Program-made: the position numbers and the translations under genes
Assembly (NCBI GenBank): GCA_025061115.1
Contig: JANZKC010000001.1
Location: forward strand, 160,001 to 224,000
Reading direction: 5' to 3'
Length of the DNA: 64,000 nucleotides
DNA from: Candidatus Culexmicrobium cathedralense
Lineage (GTDB): Archaea; Thermoproteota; Methanomethylicia; Culexarchaeales; Culexmicrobiaceae
Notes under the pieces: model-generated
Databases searched by the model: none
What the model saw: only the letters and a program-made list of their open reading frames with translations
What the model was told of the DNA's origin: nothing
In this document: piece after piece, positions 1 to 9,807 of the stretch
How positions within the stretch are numbered: the first letter of the stretch is position 1
Layout: every line of letters starts with the position of its first letter

Positions 1-483
1 GAAAGCTATGAAGTGTATGGTGGATGGCGTATTGTTATTTTTAGTGAAGATAGAGCTTTTCACGAGGCATTGAGTGATCCGATAGTGCGAGCTAAACTTG
101 GATTGGGTTACGCGATGCAATTAAAACTTGAGAATTTCAGTATTACACGTATAGAAGTTGGAGCTACGCCTATTAGTATTGAGAAACCTCGGAAAGGATG
201 CTTTCTTTTGGATGCAATATCCATTTACTCAAGTGAAATAAATCAGTCTAAGTTAGTGCTGAAAGTTCAGTCTAAAAACATAGTACCTTATACTATTGCA
301 GTTGCCGGTGGTGGAAGTATAAACTCTTGCACTCTTAAGCCGTTTGAAACAACTAGAATGTCACTTATAGTTAACTGTAAGCCCAATGAATTGAAAATTT
401 ATTTAAAACCACTAATAATTCCAATTGCTCATTATTATGAGTTGAATATCAGCGGAGCGCATGCATACTCGTATAACGAATAA
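1..483 (+). CDS. Hypothetical protein, 5' truncated by window edge
   Basis: Frame is open from position 1 (GAA AGC TAT GAA GTG...) to TAA at 481-483; no recognisable motif. Confidence 0.6.
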   Translation, partial: ESYEVYGGWRIVIFSEDRAFHEALSDPIVRAKLGLGYAMQLKLENFSITRIEVGATPISIEKPRKGCFLLDAISIYSSEINQSKLVLKVQSKNIVPYTIAVAGGGSINSCTLKPFETTRMSLIVNCKPNELKIYLKPLIIPIAHYYELNISGAHAYSYNE

Positions 484-645
484 TTTTACCTTTGAACTAT
501 TCTATAAAATATATTAATTAACTAATTATTTTGATTTAAGATTTATTTATCTTGATTTCGCCGGTTTAATTGCGTAATCTTGCTTCCAACTTGTTTTAGC
601 AACAGTTATAATGATATTGAAGTGAATCATTGCTGGTGATTACAC

Positions 646-762
646 TTGAATGAATATGACATTTTAATTGAAAATGGCTTGATTGTAGACGCCACAGGAA
701 GCCCAAGGATTAAAGGTTCAGCAACTAATATTTTAACTATTTTAGGGAAAGGTCCTTCATAA
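646..762 (+). pseudogene. 5' remnant of an amidohydrolase/D-aminoacylase gene
   Basis: GGTGA RBS at 635-639, then TTG start giving MNEYDILIENGLIVDATGSPRIKGS. This matches the N-terminus of the intact D-aminoacylase in this window (FDLIICDGVVVDGTGNLWFKAD); similarity ends at ~720. Confidence 0.6.
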
Positions 763-949
763 ACTGCAAAGTTTCTCTTATCTTCTGGTGGAAACATTGC
801 AATAGCTTTAAACTTTAACTTGTAAGCAAGTTTTCTTGCAACATGTAAAGACATTGGCTTAGAAAGTTCTTCTGGATAAAGAAGAGCAAACCCAATAATC
901 CCTTTAGTTTTGTAAAAGAAAAAGGGGAAAATGTGGTCACTTTGATGGA

Positions 950-964
950 GGCTCAGTGTGAGAC
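950..964. repeat. 15-bp direct repeat GGCTCAGTGTGAGAC, copy 1
   Basis: Exact match to 4849-4863. Confidence 0.85.
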
Positions 965-1050
965 ATGTTCAACTTAGACTTCAGCACTAGTCAATTTTCG
1001 TAAATCTTGTGGATTTTAAATAGCGTCTTATTTAGCGAGATTTAGGGCTT

Positions 1051-1217
1051 ATGAGGGCGGAATATGCGCGGGGATTTGAAGACGCCCTAGAACTAGCCCT
1101 CCTAAAATCAAAAACTTAGAAACAGCCAAGCAGTGCAGAAAAATAGAGTACCTATTAAGCCTAATCAAAGAAAGAAAATACGAATACCTAGAATGGATGC
1201 TAAAAACACTTCATTGA
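1051..1217 (+). pseudogene. Small hypothetical helical protein, frameshifted
   Basis: MRAEYARGFEDALELALLK, then a one-base slip near 1105 continues as IKNLETAKQCRKIEYLLSLIKERKYEYLEWMLKTLH*. Confidence 0.45.
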
Positions 1218-1614
1218 ACTTGCAAGGTTTTCTTAAGAAAAGAGTTGATAAACTTACCTCCTTATTTACTTTAAAGGCGTTGTTACATTTATAGGTGAAG
1301 TATATAATATTAAATTTGAAACATTAAACTATTACTACCACTAACAGTAGCACCACTAATCATAATTGGAGTCAAAAAAGCATTAAAAAATAGAAAACAC
1401 AAAAATAAGCTTCATATAAAAGTTAAGAAGAAAAATATGGAAAGAAAGGTTGGGGATAAGAGGAAAATTGAGAAAAAGAAATCCAAGAAACCAAATAGAC
1501 TAGCAGAAGCATTACTAATGACTGAAACTTGAGTTCGTTATTATTATATGTTTATTTGATTTTGTCTCATTTAGTGGTTTTGGTTGTTATTGGCATGTTT
1601 TGTGAAGTGTTAAT

Positions 1615-2223
1615 TTATGGTGGTGATCCATATAGTATTATTGTTAAGAGGGCAAGTATTATTGATGGAATTAATTCAATGATATTTATTCTCTTTCTTA
1701 AAATCACCACTATAACTAATCCAGTTAAAAATAGCATTAAAACTCCTATTCCAGGAATTAAATCGTAATAATTTACTCTTATAGGCCTTGCAATAGAAGT
1801 GTCTTTAGTTAGCAATATGCGTTCAGTTACCAGGTTAGTTGAAAGAGCTATACTTGAAGTCCAGGCAAGTGAAGAAGTTAATGCCAATACTCCACTATAA
1901 TATAAGATCCCCCTATCATTTCTAAGTATCGATAAAATACATAGGGAAATAGATGTAAAATATAAAGTTATTGATATTATGGAGAAAATTAATCCAAATA
2001 CATTCCTTATCATCCAAAAATTAGAGCCACTAAAAGTTAATTGTGGAATTTCCCAGAAATATGCAGCTTTAACTACAATCAACTTCCAATCAAATATTGG
2101 CACATGAACATATACATGACTATACCTACACGTCCAAGGCAAAAACATCGATATCAAAATTAAAATTAATGCAAAAATTTGCGGAACATATTTCATCATG
2201 CTCATTTCCCCACTCATCCACAA
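1615..2223 (-). CDS. Hypothetical multi-pass membrane protein
   Basis: 202-aa ORF with several hydrophobic helices, directly downstream of the metzincin gene. Confidence 0.7.
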   Translation of the reverse strand: MWMSGEMSMMKYVPQIFALILILISMFLPWTCRYSHVYVHVPIFDWKLIVVKAAYFWEIPQLTFSGSNFWMIRNVFGLIFSIISITLYFTSISLCILSILRNDRGILYYSGVLALTSSLAWTSSIALSTNLVTERILLTKDTSIARPIRVNYYDLIPGIGVLMLFLTGLVIVVILRKRINIIELIPSIILALLTIILYGSPP

Positions 2224-2256
2224 TATTATAACAGTGGGAAAATAAAAATTTTAAAG

Positions 2257-3585
2257 TTAATCTACAATGGGAGAACTTGTTAAGTATACATAAATTTGAT
2301 CTGGTTCTGATGGTATTTCATATTCATTTAATGCTATTACTCTTATATTGTAGTAAGTTTCGCTTGGTGCTGTTGATGAATCCCAATAACCAATCCATAA
2401 TCTCAGAGATGAATCATAATACATTAATTGCCTACCAGTATCGTAACTTGAATCATAGACTCTATAGCCAACAGAACTTATGGTAACAATTGATGATACA
2501 TCAGCCTGAATTTCTACAATACCATACACAGTATCACCATTTTGCGGATTAAATATGCTTACGACTGGTCTTGACATTATTGGATAAAGATACCTTACAC
2601 CTCTAATATCACCTATTGTAAGAGTTCGTCTAATTTCTCCCTTACTTATATAACCATACATTACATTGTCAGAATTATCACTAGAATATAAATCATCTAA
2701 CCCTAAAAAGTGCCCAACCTCATGAGTTGCTACACTCTGTACATCAAACCATGAGCCATAGCCAATACCCCAATCTTCTGCGTCATCAAATTGAATATCC
2801 ATTTCTAATATTCGGTCAACTCCCCGGTTCATCAATATTGTTCTAGCAACTATACGTCCTGGACCATCAATATCAGGTACCCATCCAACTACATTCACAC
2901 CATCCCTAACACCTGGCTCTCTACTTGTAGTACCCCCATATGCAAAGTCAATGTATGAGTATGAGTCATCTTCCCATGTCTGAAATGCATTAATAATTGC
3001 TTGAAATTCTTCAGTTCCCGAAATGTCTGCTGTTCCTTCCTCATTTATGTAGTAGGTAACAGGTAAATCTACCCATATTACATTTTGCCATGTTGCAAAT
3101 CCCAGGTCATCTTCCTCATATATGTAATCCGGATCAGTTGACTCGCTTACAGTGCTTTTCTCTAAAACAATTAATTTATTAATATAAAGCAATCCGTTCT
3201 CCATTAACTCAGCATAAATTTTAACTTTATCACCAATTCTATATCTTTCTACTCCAAATGGCCATACATAAAGACAACGTTCGCTTATGGTCACATTTCC
3301 TATCCTAACATAACCTCCAAAATGATAAACCACTATCTTAGAAAGCTCTACAACCTTTTTATGCCACTTATGAATTGTTAAGTTTAAGTAAGTTATCACC
3401 CCCTTACCTTCAATAAAAACCGGTGATTTATTAATGATAGTTGCTGTAAATATATGTGTAGAGCACTTTTGAAGTACATGTTCTTCATTTACATCTAATG
3501 TCTCTCCTCTAGATATTGTAGCATTTACTATCAACATAGGCAAAATCATTAAAATTATTAGTAATAATACAGTTCTTATTTTCAT
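2257..3585 (-). CDS. Secreted metzincin (matrixin/M10-like) Zn-protease with C-terminal Ig-like domain
   Basis: Signal peptide; HEVGHFLGLDD zinc motif; Met-turn NVMYG; AFQTWE and DIQFD matrixin features; beta-rich C-terminus; GGAGG RBS. Confidence 0.85.
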   Translation of the reverse strand: MKIRTVLLLIILMILPMLIVNATISRGETLDVNEEHVLQKCSTHIFTATIINKSPVFIEGKGVITYLNLTIHKWHKKVVELSKIVVYHFGGYVRIGNVTISERCLYVWPFGVERYRIGDKVKIYAELMENGLLYINKLIVLEKSTVSESTDPDYIYEEDDLGFATWQNVIWVDLPVTYYINEEGTADISGTEEFQAIINAFQTWEDDSYSYIDFAYGGTTSREPGVRDGVNVVGWVPDIDGPGRIVARTILMNRGVDRILEMDIQFDDAEDWGIGYGSWFDVQSVATHEVGHFLGLDDLYSSDNSDNVMYGYISKGEIRRTLTIGDIRGVRYLYPIMSRPVVSIFNPQNGDTVYGIVEIQADVSSIVTISSVGYRVYDSSYDTGRQLMYYDSSLRLWIGYWDSSTAPSETYYNIRVIALNEYEIPSEPDQIYVYLTSSPIVD

Positions 3586-3696
3586 ATTTGACCTCCTAAT
3601 ATAGAAATTATAAAATCAATCATATAAATGTAACGTTACTTATCAAGTTAGCTAACTCTAAACTATATATTACCCAGGTTATCATAAAATGCTTAG

Positions 3697-4794
3697 GTGT
3701 TGTATTTCTTGAAGGAAGAAATCCAAATAGCCTTAAAGAAATACATGACTAACTATGCTAGAAACCTTATTAGGTCGCGAAAAGATAGGATAGACGAGTT
3801 CGCTGAAAAAGCATTACGAAAATATCCCTTTCATATAATATTTTTCCCGTTCAACTACATTGTAATCTCTGAAGTTGAAAGAAGTATAACTGCGGGTGTA
3901 GGGCTTACCTTCTACACTAAAATAGCTGAAATTATTGCACAGGAAAATTATGGTTATGTCAAGAAGAACTATACTTTCACATTCGAGATCGATGAGGGCT
4001 GGGTGAGGCGTGTCGATGACATACTAGAAGAGCTTGACCGAAAAAGAAGAGCGCCAAATGTTTATGTGGAAAAAGAGAGATAATGAGCACTAGTCAAGGC
4101 AGGCTTGTGAAGTTCGATGTTACGGCAGACTTTTACATAGGTGACTACATGTACAAGGGGTTAAAGGTACCTGTCCTCATAGAGTTCAAAACCCCTGGCC
4201 TAAAAAAGAGGACTGCGTCAGATCGAAGAGGAGGATGTTATTGTTCAAGGCTGCTTGGGAGGGACCAGGATACTACTACCACAGAGGCGGCGACTACTTT
4301 GTTAAGTTTTCTCGTGATCGTGATCTTGCTAGGGGCGGCACTATTGGTCGTGGTAGGTGGAGGCACACTTTTGATCCAGTAATTCAGGTTGCTAAGAGGC
4401 TTACTGAGGAGGCTGTTAGGGCTGCTGAGGTTGTTTCTAGGAGAGTTGAGGAGAAGGTTGGTAGGCCTGTTAGGGCTGAGGTGGTTCTTAAGGCTGCATT
4501 TCCAAGGCGGCCCAGGCTTCCGAGAGAGGTTAAGAGGATGGCTGACTTTGTTTGGGATGAGCTTTCACCTTCAGTTAAGCGGGCCGGCAACTGGACTTAC
4601 ATCACAGTGCTAAACATTATCAGGATGCTTTACGATTATGCTAAGAGTCAGGGCCTCACATGCAGGAGTTCGACTTGCTAATCAGGCTGAGCGAAAGAAA
4701 AGGCATATTATTTGAAGAGCTGATCAAAAATAGGCTGAGCAAAGTGTTCGGTGATGAACTCGTGCAGATACCCGCTAAAAACGGGTTCATGTAA
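3697..4794 (+). pseudogene. TdeIII/MjaII-like type II restriction endonuclease, three frameshifts
   Basis: PFH...ERSITAGVG...ADFY...IEFKTPxPKKEDC...AAFP...FVWDELS..GNWTY can be read through one-base slips at ~4080, ~4197 and ~4660; PD-(D/E)xK-like core. Confidence 0.65.
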
Positions 4795-4848
4795 ACGGCT
4801 TTCTCCGGGCTTTTCTCACCATAAATTATATGGTTAAAAATGTTTTTT

Positions 4849-4863
4849 GGCTCAGTGTGAGAC
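4849..4863. repeat. 15-bp direct repeat GGCTCAGTGTGAGAC, copy 2
   Basis: Exact match to 950-964. Confidence 0.85.
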
Positions 4864-5356
4864 GAGGTCATCATTTCTCAGTCTGCGTCTCTACATCACA
4901 GCCACTATAACTACTGTCGGGGTTAAAGTTAGTTTTTTCGTTCAAATCATATGGAGCGACAAACTAAATCTACATAAAATGTTGAATTATTCAAATGTGT
5001 GATGGGAGAGTTAAGACATGATTGACAGTTCAACCCATTTGAGTTTAGAATTGTGACACGGTTTAACTAAGCTCTACTTTTCCGATCCATCTACTCATGC
5101 ATACTTCATTTATGATTTAATTTACGAACTTGACAAGACTAATGTAAGGTATGCAGCAAGTCTTTAACTCCAATATCCCACTTTATTCTCCAAATTTAAG
5201 TCAAATATACAATTCTGTATTGTTACCAATAGTTGGGTATTTTATATGCCGGTTGTTGCGACTGAAAAAGCACAATTAATAATGCAGCTAATGACAATCT
5301 TTTTATATTTAAAGCATAACAAAATACATATGTGTGAAAATATAAAATTTTATTGA

Positions 5357-6469
5357 ATGTTAGAATATTGCAAATTTAATCAAAAAATAACACATAATGG
5401 TAATCTAATAATAATATTATATTCAATATTAGTAATAACTAACTATGTTAACAACCATGTATTTGTTGGAAAAGATATATGGTTCGAAGCTGAGCATTGG
5501 ATTGGTGAGCAAATAGTACTTACAGTTCATCCTAATGGGAGCATAACTGTTATAATTTGCACATATTCAGACAAGCTTTTTATAGATTTATCTGATATAA
5601 ATGCTAAATTTGGTTTTTCTATAATTTGTTTGTATGAAAAAGAAATTTATTTAAACATTAGGTTTGACTTATCTTCTATTAGTTTGGAGGAGGCGGAATT
5701 GAAGTCTTATAATATTGTTAGCAGATTGCAGGATATTCTTGGAATGAATTTCGTATTGGCAAGTGAAGATAGGGTTGATTACGTTACTTCCGCAGGTATA
5801 AGAAGCTTTGTTACTTTTATTTATAAACCTACAGAATATAATTTTGAGAAAATTATAGATCTGTTCCTTCAAGTTAAACCTGATAGTGGTTTTTCACTAT
5901 TAATAAATAAGGATATCATTTCAAAGAATTCATATCTAAAAATAAATATATATTATGCTTACCAAACTAGAGAAATTAGAGTTAACTTAATTTTTAAAAA
6001 GATCTTTAACGCATATTTTAAATTTAAGGAAGGAGAAAAATATGTTCTAGATGTATTTAAATTATTTAATTTTACGGGCAACATAGTTTCACATCGATCT
6101 TTAGATACATTATTTTGGATATATTTCGATTATGCTTATGGTATCGATTTCAAGTTTTTGGATATCCGCATTCCATGTTACTATAGCGTGCATAGGAGTA
6201 GTGGTGCTAGGGAATATATTATCACGAATGAGCCTTGGTACATTCCTAGCGGTACAAATATAGATGGAATGGTTATTAAGTTTATGGTTATTGAGAAGGG
6301 GTTTAGACTTACGCCTTATTCAATTAGAATTTTAGGCTATGTTATTTTGCTGTTGTTGGTGTTTGTTGTTTGTTTTCTATTTTATCGTTTAAAGTTATTT
6401 GAGATGATATTTAAAAAATATATTGCTTCATTGTATAATGTTATTTGGAGGGGCTGTTGTGAAAGCTAG
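5357..6469 (+). CDS. Membrane-anchored surface protein, paralog A
   Basis: N-terminal hydrophobic segment and C-terminal TM with basic tail; clear similarity to 9808-10878. Confidence 0.75.
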   Translation: MLEYCKFNQKITHNGNLIIILYSILVITNYVNNHVFVGKDIWFEAEHWIGEQIVLTVHPNGSITVIICTYSDKLFIDLSDINAKFGFSIICLYEKEIYLNIRFDLSSISLEEAELKSYNIVSRLQDILGMNFVLASEDRVDYVTSAGIRSFVTFIYKPTEYNFEKIIDLFLQVKPDSGFSLLINKDIISKNSYLKINIYYAYQTREIRVNLIFKKIFNAYFKFKEGEKYVLDVFKLFNFTGNIVSHRSLDTLFWIYFDYAYGIDFKFLDIRIPCYYSVHRSSGAREYIITNEPWYIPSGTNIDGMVIKFMVIEKGFRLTPYSIRILGYVILLLLVFVVCFLFYRLKLFEMIFKKYIASLYNVIWRGCCES

Positions 6470-7978
6470 ATTTATAGTTTCTTCATTGATTATTGTGGTT
6501 TTATGCGTTCATCTTGCTGGTTTTGTTTATTGTAATCCTGGTATTGTTGATGTTAATTTGTGGTGTTCTTCTCCTAGTAGGGTTGGTTTTGCAGGTGAAT
6601 CTTTTACGTATATTTTTGATGTGAGTTATGTTGGGGTTTATTCATTTATAGATTTGAGCCTTTATGTTGAGGGGGTGCCATCTAGTTGGTCTTATAAGTT
6701 TATTTATAATGGATTTGAAGTTGACATGATTCGCTTACTTAATGAGACGCGTGTAAATTTGCAGCTTATTGTTGATGTTCCTTCTTCGGCTTCACCTGGT
6801 GAATATAGCTTTAAAATTGTAGTTGAGTACGTTCATTATCCGTATAGGAGTTATTTGAATTGTAGGGCTATTGTTAAGCCTACTGTTAGGGATTTGGATG
6901 TTTTTTGCATGTTTCCAGCTAAGGCTGTTTGGGCTGGTTCCAGCGTGGAGTTTGAATTGAATTTGCACTATTTTGGTCCTGAGGATACGTTTAACTTCAC
7001 AGTTATGAATTTACCTTCGGGCTGGAGCGTTTACTTCATTCATGGCTCCGATGAAATTCTTCTTTTATCATTGAATGATGGAGATACTGCTTCAATTAAG
7101 GCTGTTTTTGAAATTCCTGCTGATGCTGAAATTGGAGATTACAACTTAACTTTAATCATATTTTCCAAATTTATTAGTAGAAAGGTGAATTTGATTGTCA
7201 GAGTTAAGCCTCCATCCACCTTCAACAGGGGTTTGAGGCTTTCCGTGGACTATCCCATCATTGACATTGAGGCAGGTAGATTTGCATATTTCACTTTAAC
7301 CGTAAATAACGTTGGAGCTGTTGATGAAATTGTTTACTTAAGCGTTTCTGAAAAACCCTCTGGATGGGAAGTTTCGTTCATAGTATCTGGCAAGAAGATT
7401 CACGGCCTATCAGTTCCTGCGAGAAGCTTCTCCAATGTCATTGTTGAGGCGAAGCCTCCGCCATATGTTGAATTGGGTGAGCATAAGTTCATCATTACAG
7501 CCGAATCTGAGGATGGAGCTATATCGGCTAACATCACCCTAATTGTCAATATTTATGGCAAATATAGCTTGAGCCTACATTTCCCAGAATTCCCATCACC
7601 CTACTTCAGCATGAAATCCGGCGAAACTAAACGATTTGAAGTTGAAGTTAAAAATAATGGTGTTTTAAACGTCACAAACATTTACCTTACACTTGAAGTT
7701 CCATCAATCGATTGGGAAGTGAACATTGAACCCAAAAAATCATGCTTCTACAACCAGGCGAATCCGTGACCTTCCAAGTAGAAATGTACGTATCAACCAT
7801 AATTTCAGCAGGGGACTACTTCATCACAGTTAAAGCAGTTTCAGATCAAGCTTCAGCATCAAAAGATCTAAGAATTTCAATTACTAAGCCAACTGAGTGG
7901 GGCTACATTGGAGCAGCACTAGCTGTAATAGCAATTGTAATCGTAGTAATTATCTTCAAGAGGACTGGAAGGCGATGA
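6459..7978 (+). pseudogene. NEW3/NPCBM-associated Ig-like repeat membrane protein, frameshifted at A6 tract 7734-7739
   Basis: Repeated P.GW.V.F and P..A..G.Y Ig-like modules; the frame continues IMLLQPGESVTF to a C-terminal TM if one A is restored; GGAGG RBS before GTG 6459. Confidence 0.75.
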
Positions 7979-8919
7979 ATGGTAAAGCGATAATTGAAAC
8001 CAAAAATTTAACGAAAATATATCACGTTGATGGACGGGAGATTCGAGCTGTCGACAATCTAAATCTAACTGTCTATGAAGGCGAATTATTCGGTTATCTA
8101 GGTCCAAACGGCTCAGGCAAAACTACCACAATCCTAATGCTTCTAGGACTAATTCAACCCACAAGCGGCGAAGGAAAAGTCGCAGGATACGATATAATTA
8201 GGGAATCCAAAATGATTAGAAGAGTTGCTGGATACATTCCTGAAAGATATAGCTTCTACGAAGACTTGTCAGCATACGAGAACCTAGAATACTTTGCTAA
8301 GCTAAATAACATTCCTAAAAATGAAGTTGAAGAGAGAATAAAATGGGCTCTAGAAATAGTTGAGTTAAGCAAGTGGATTAATGCACCAGTAAAAACTTTT
8401 TCAAGAGGCATGAAGCAGAGGTTAGCTCTAGCCAACGTGCTAATAAGAAAGCCTAAAATAATATTTCTAGATGAGCCCACAGCAGGATTAGATCCACATG
8501 CAACAGCGAAGTTCAGATCCTTAATAAAGAAGCTTAACAATGAATTTAACATCACAATATTCCTATCAAGCCACATGCTCCACGAAGTAAGGCAAATATG
8601 CAATAAAATCGGATTCCTAAAAGATGGAAGGCTAATAGCCATAGACACCATCGACGGCTTCATGAACAAGATGGGAATTAAAGTCATATTGGAAGCAACA
8701 AACATCAACCATAAAATCATCAAGTCAATAGAGAACTTAAATGACGTAAATAAAGTATTGAAAGTAAATGATAAACTAGTCATTTATGCTAGAAACGACG
8801 TTAGATTAGATATTTCAAAAATAGTTACAGGCTTAGGAGAATACATTTTAACTCTAAAAATAGAGCCTCCAACTCTTGAAGAAGTTTTCTTCATAGTCTA
8901 TGGAGAGAAAGGAGGATGA
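7975..8919 (+). CDS. ABC transporter ATP-binding protein (ABC-2 exporter type)
   Basis: Walker A GPNGSGKT, signature FSRGMKQR, Walker B FLDEP, H-loop SSH; ATGA overlap with the upstream stop. Confidence 0.93.
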   Translation: MNGKAIIETKNLTKIYHVDGREIRAVDNLNLTVYEGELFGYLGPNGSGKTTTILMLLGLIQPTSGEGKVAGYDIIRESKMIRRVAGYIPERYSFYEDLSAYENLEYFAKLNNIPKNEVEERIKWALEIVELSKWINAPVKTFSRGMKQRLALANVLIRKPKIIFLDEPTAGLDPHATAKFRSLIKKLNNEFNITIFLSSHMLHEVRQICNKIGFLKDGRLIAIDTIDGFMNKMGIKVILEATNINHKIIKSIENLNDVNKVLKVNDKLVIYARNDVRLDISKIVTGLGEYILTLKIEPPTLEEVFFIVYGEKGG

Positions 8920-9803
8920 GCATGAGCACCATCATAATTGCATTAAAAGAATTCTCAGACCATGTAACAAGCCGAAGATTCCTAATTCTATTCACGCTCC
9001 TAAGCGTACTTTCAGTTCTATCAGCCTTCTCATCAATAAGCAGAGCATTTATAGGCGAAGTTAAAATGTTTTCAGACATATTAACTCTAGGCCGCCTATC
9101 AATAATATACCTAATAGGAGAACTAGGACCTCTAATCGGAATAGCCTTGGGATTCGATTCGATCAGCAAGGAAATTGAAAGCGGTTCAATGCTACTATTA
9201 CTATCCTGCCCAATATATCGGGACACAATATTAAATGGAAAAATTCTAGGAGGACTACTAACAATAATTCTAGCTCTAGGCACATCCACAATTCTACTAA
9301 CCGGATTCACCCTAGCTCAAATAGGAATTGCCCCAACAAGTGAAGAAATAATAAGATTAATCCTCTACTTCCTAGCATCAATAATTTACATTTTAAGCTA
9401 CATGGCTCTAAGCATGCTAACATCAATAATCTCAAAAAGAACTTCAATATCACTGCTAACTTCAATTTCAATATGGATCTTCTTCACATTCATAATGCCC
9501 ATGGTCGCAAGCTCACTAGCAACAATCCTACCAGAAGAGGATATAGAAGGAAAAATAAGAATAATGACCATAACGCTGCTACTAACGCCAGTTCAACACT
9601 ACTACACGCTTAGCAGAAACATCATAAGCCCAAAATTCTCAATAGATCCATTTAGCATATTCCCAAGAAGATCAATAGTAAAGCCATTAACCCTAATTGA
9701 AAGTTTAAACCTAACGTGGCCAAACCTAGCAATAATAACATCACTACTAGTAATATTCGTAGCAGCATCCTACATCAAATTCCTAAAAGAAGAAATAAGA
9801 TAA
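8916..9803 (+). CDS. ABC-2 type permease (NosY-like)
   Basis: About 6 TM helices; DSISKEIESGSMLLLLSCPIYRDTILNGK motif. Confidence 0.88.
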   Translation: MSMSTIIIALKEFSDHVTSRRFLILFTLLSVLSVLSAFSSISRAFIGEVKMFSDILTLGRLSIIYLIGELGPLIGIALGFDSISKEIESGSMLLLLSCPIYRDTILNGKILGGLLTIILALGTSTILLTGFTLAQIGIAPTSEEIIRLILYFLASIIYILSYMALSMLTSIISKRTSISLLTSISIWIFFTFIMPMVASSLATILPEEDIEGKIRIMTITLLLTPVQHYYTLSRNIISPKFSIDPFSIFPRRSIVKPLTLIESLNLTWPNLAIITSLLVIFVAASYIKFLKEEIR

Positions 9804-9807
9804 CAAG

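Noticed and set aside
1320-1532. Start-less frame encoding a TM helix and Lys-rich tail (LLLPLTVAPLIIIGVKKALKNRK...)
   Set aside because: Probably a 3' remnant of a membrane protein, but low-complexity and unassignable
4261-4794. Transposase fragment suggested by GC shift and the adjacent repeat
   Set aside because: No DDE or HUH motifs; the translated sequence fits the C-terminal motifs of the restriction endonuclease
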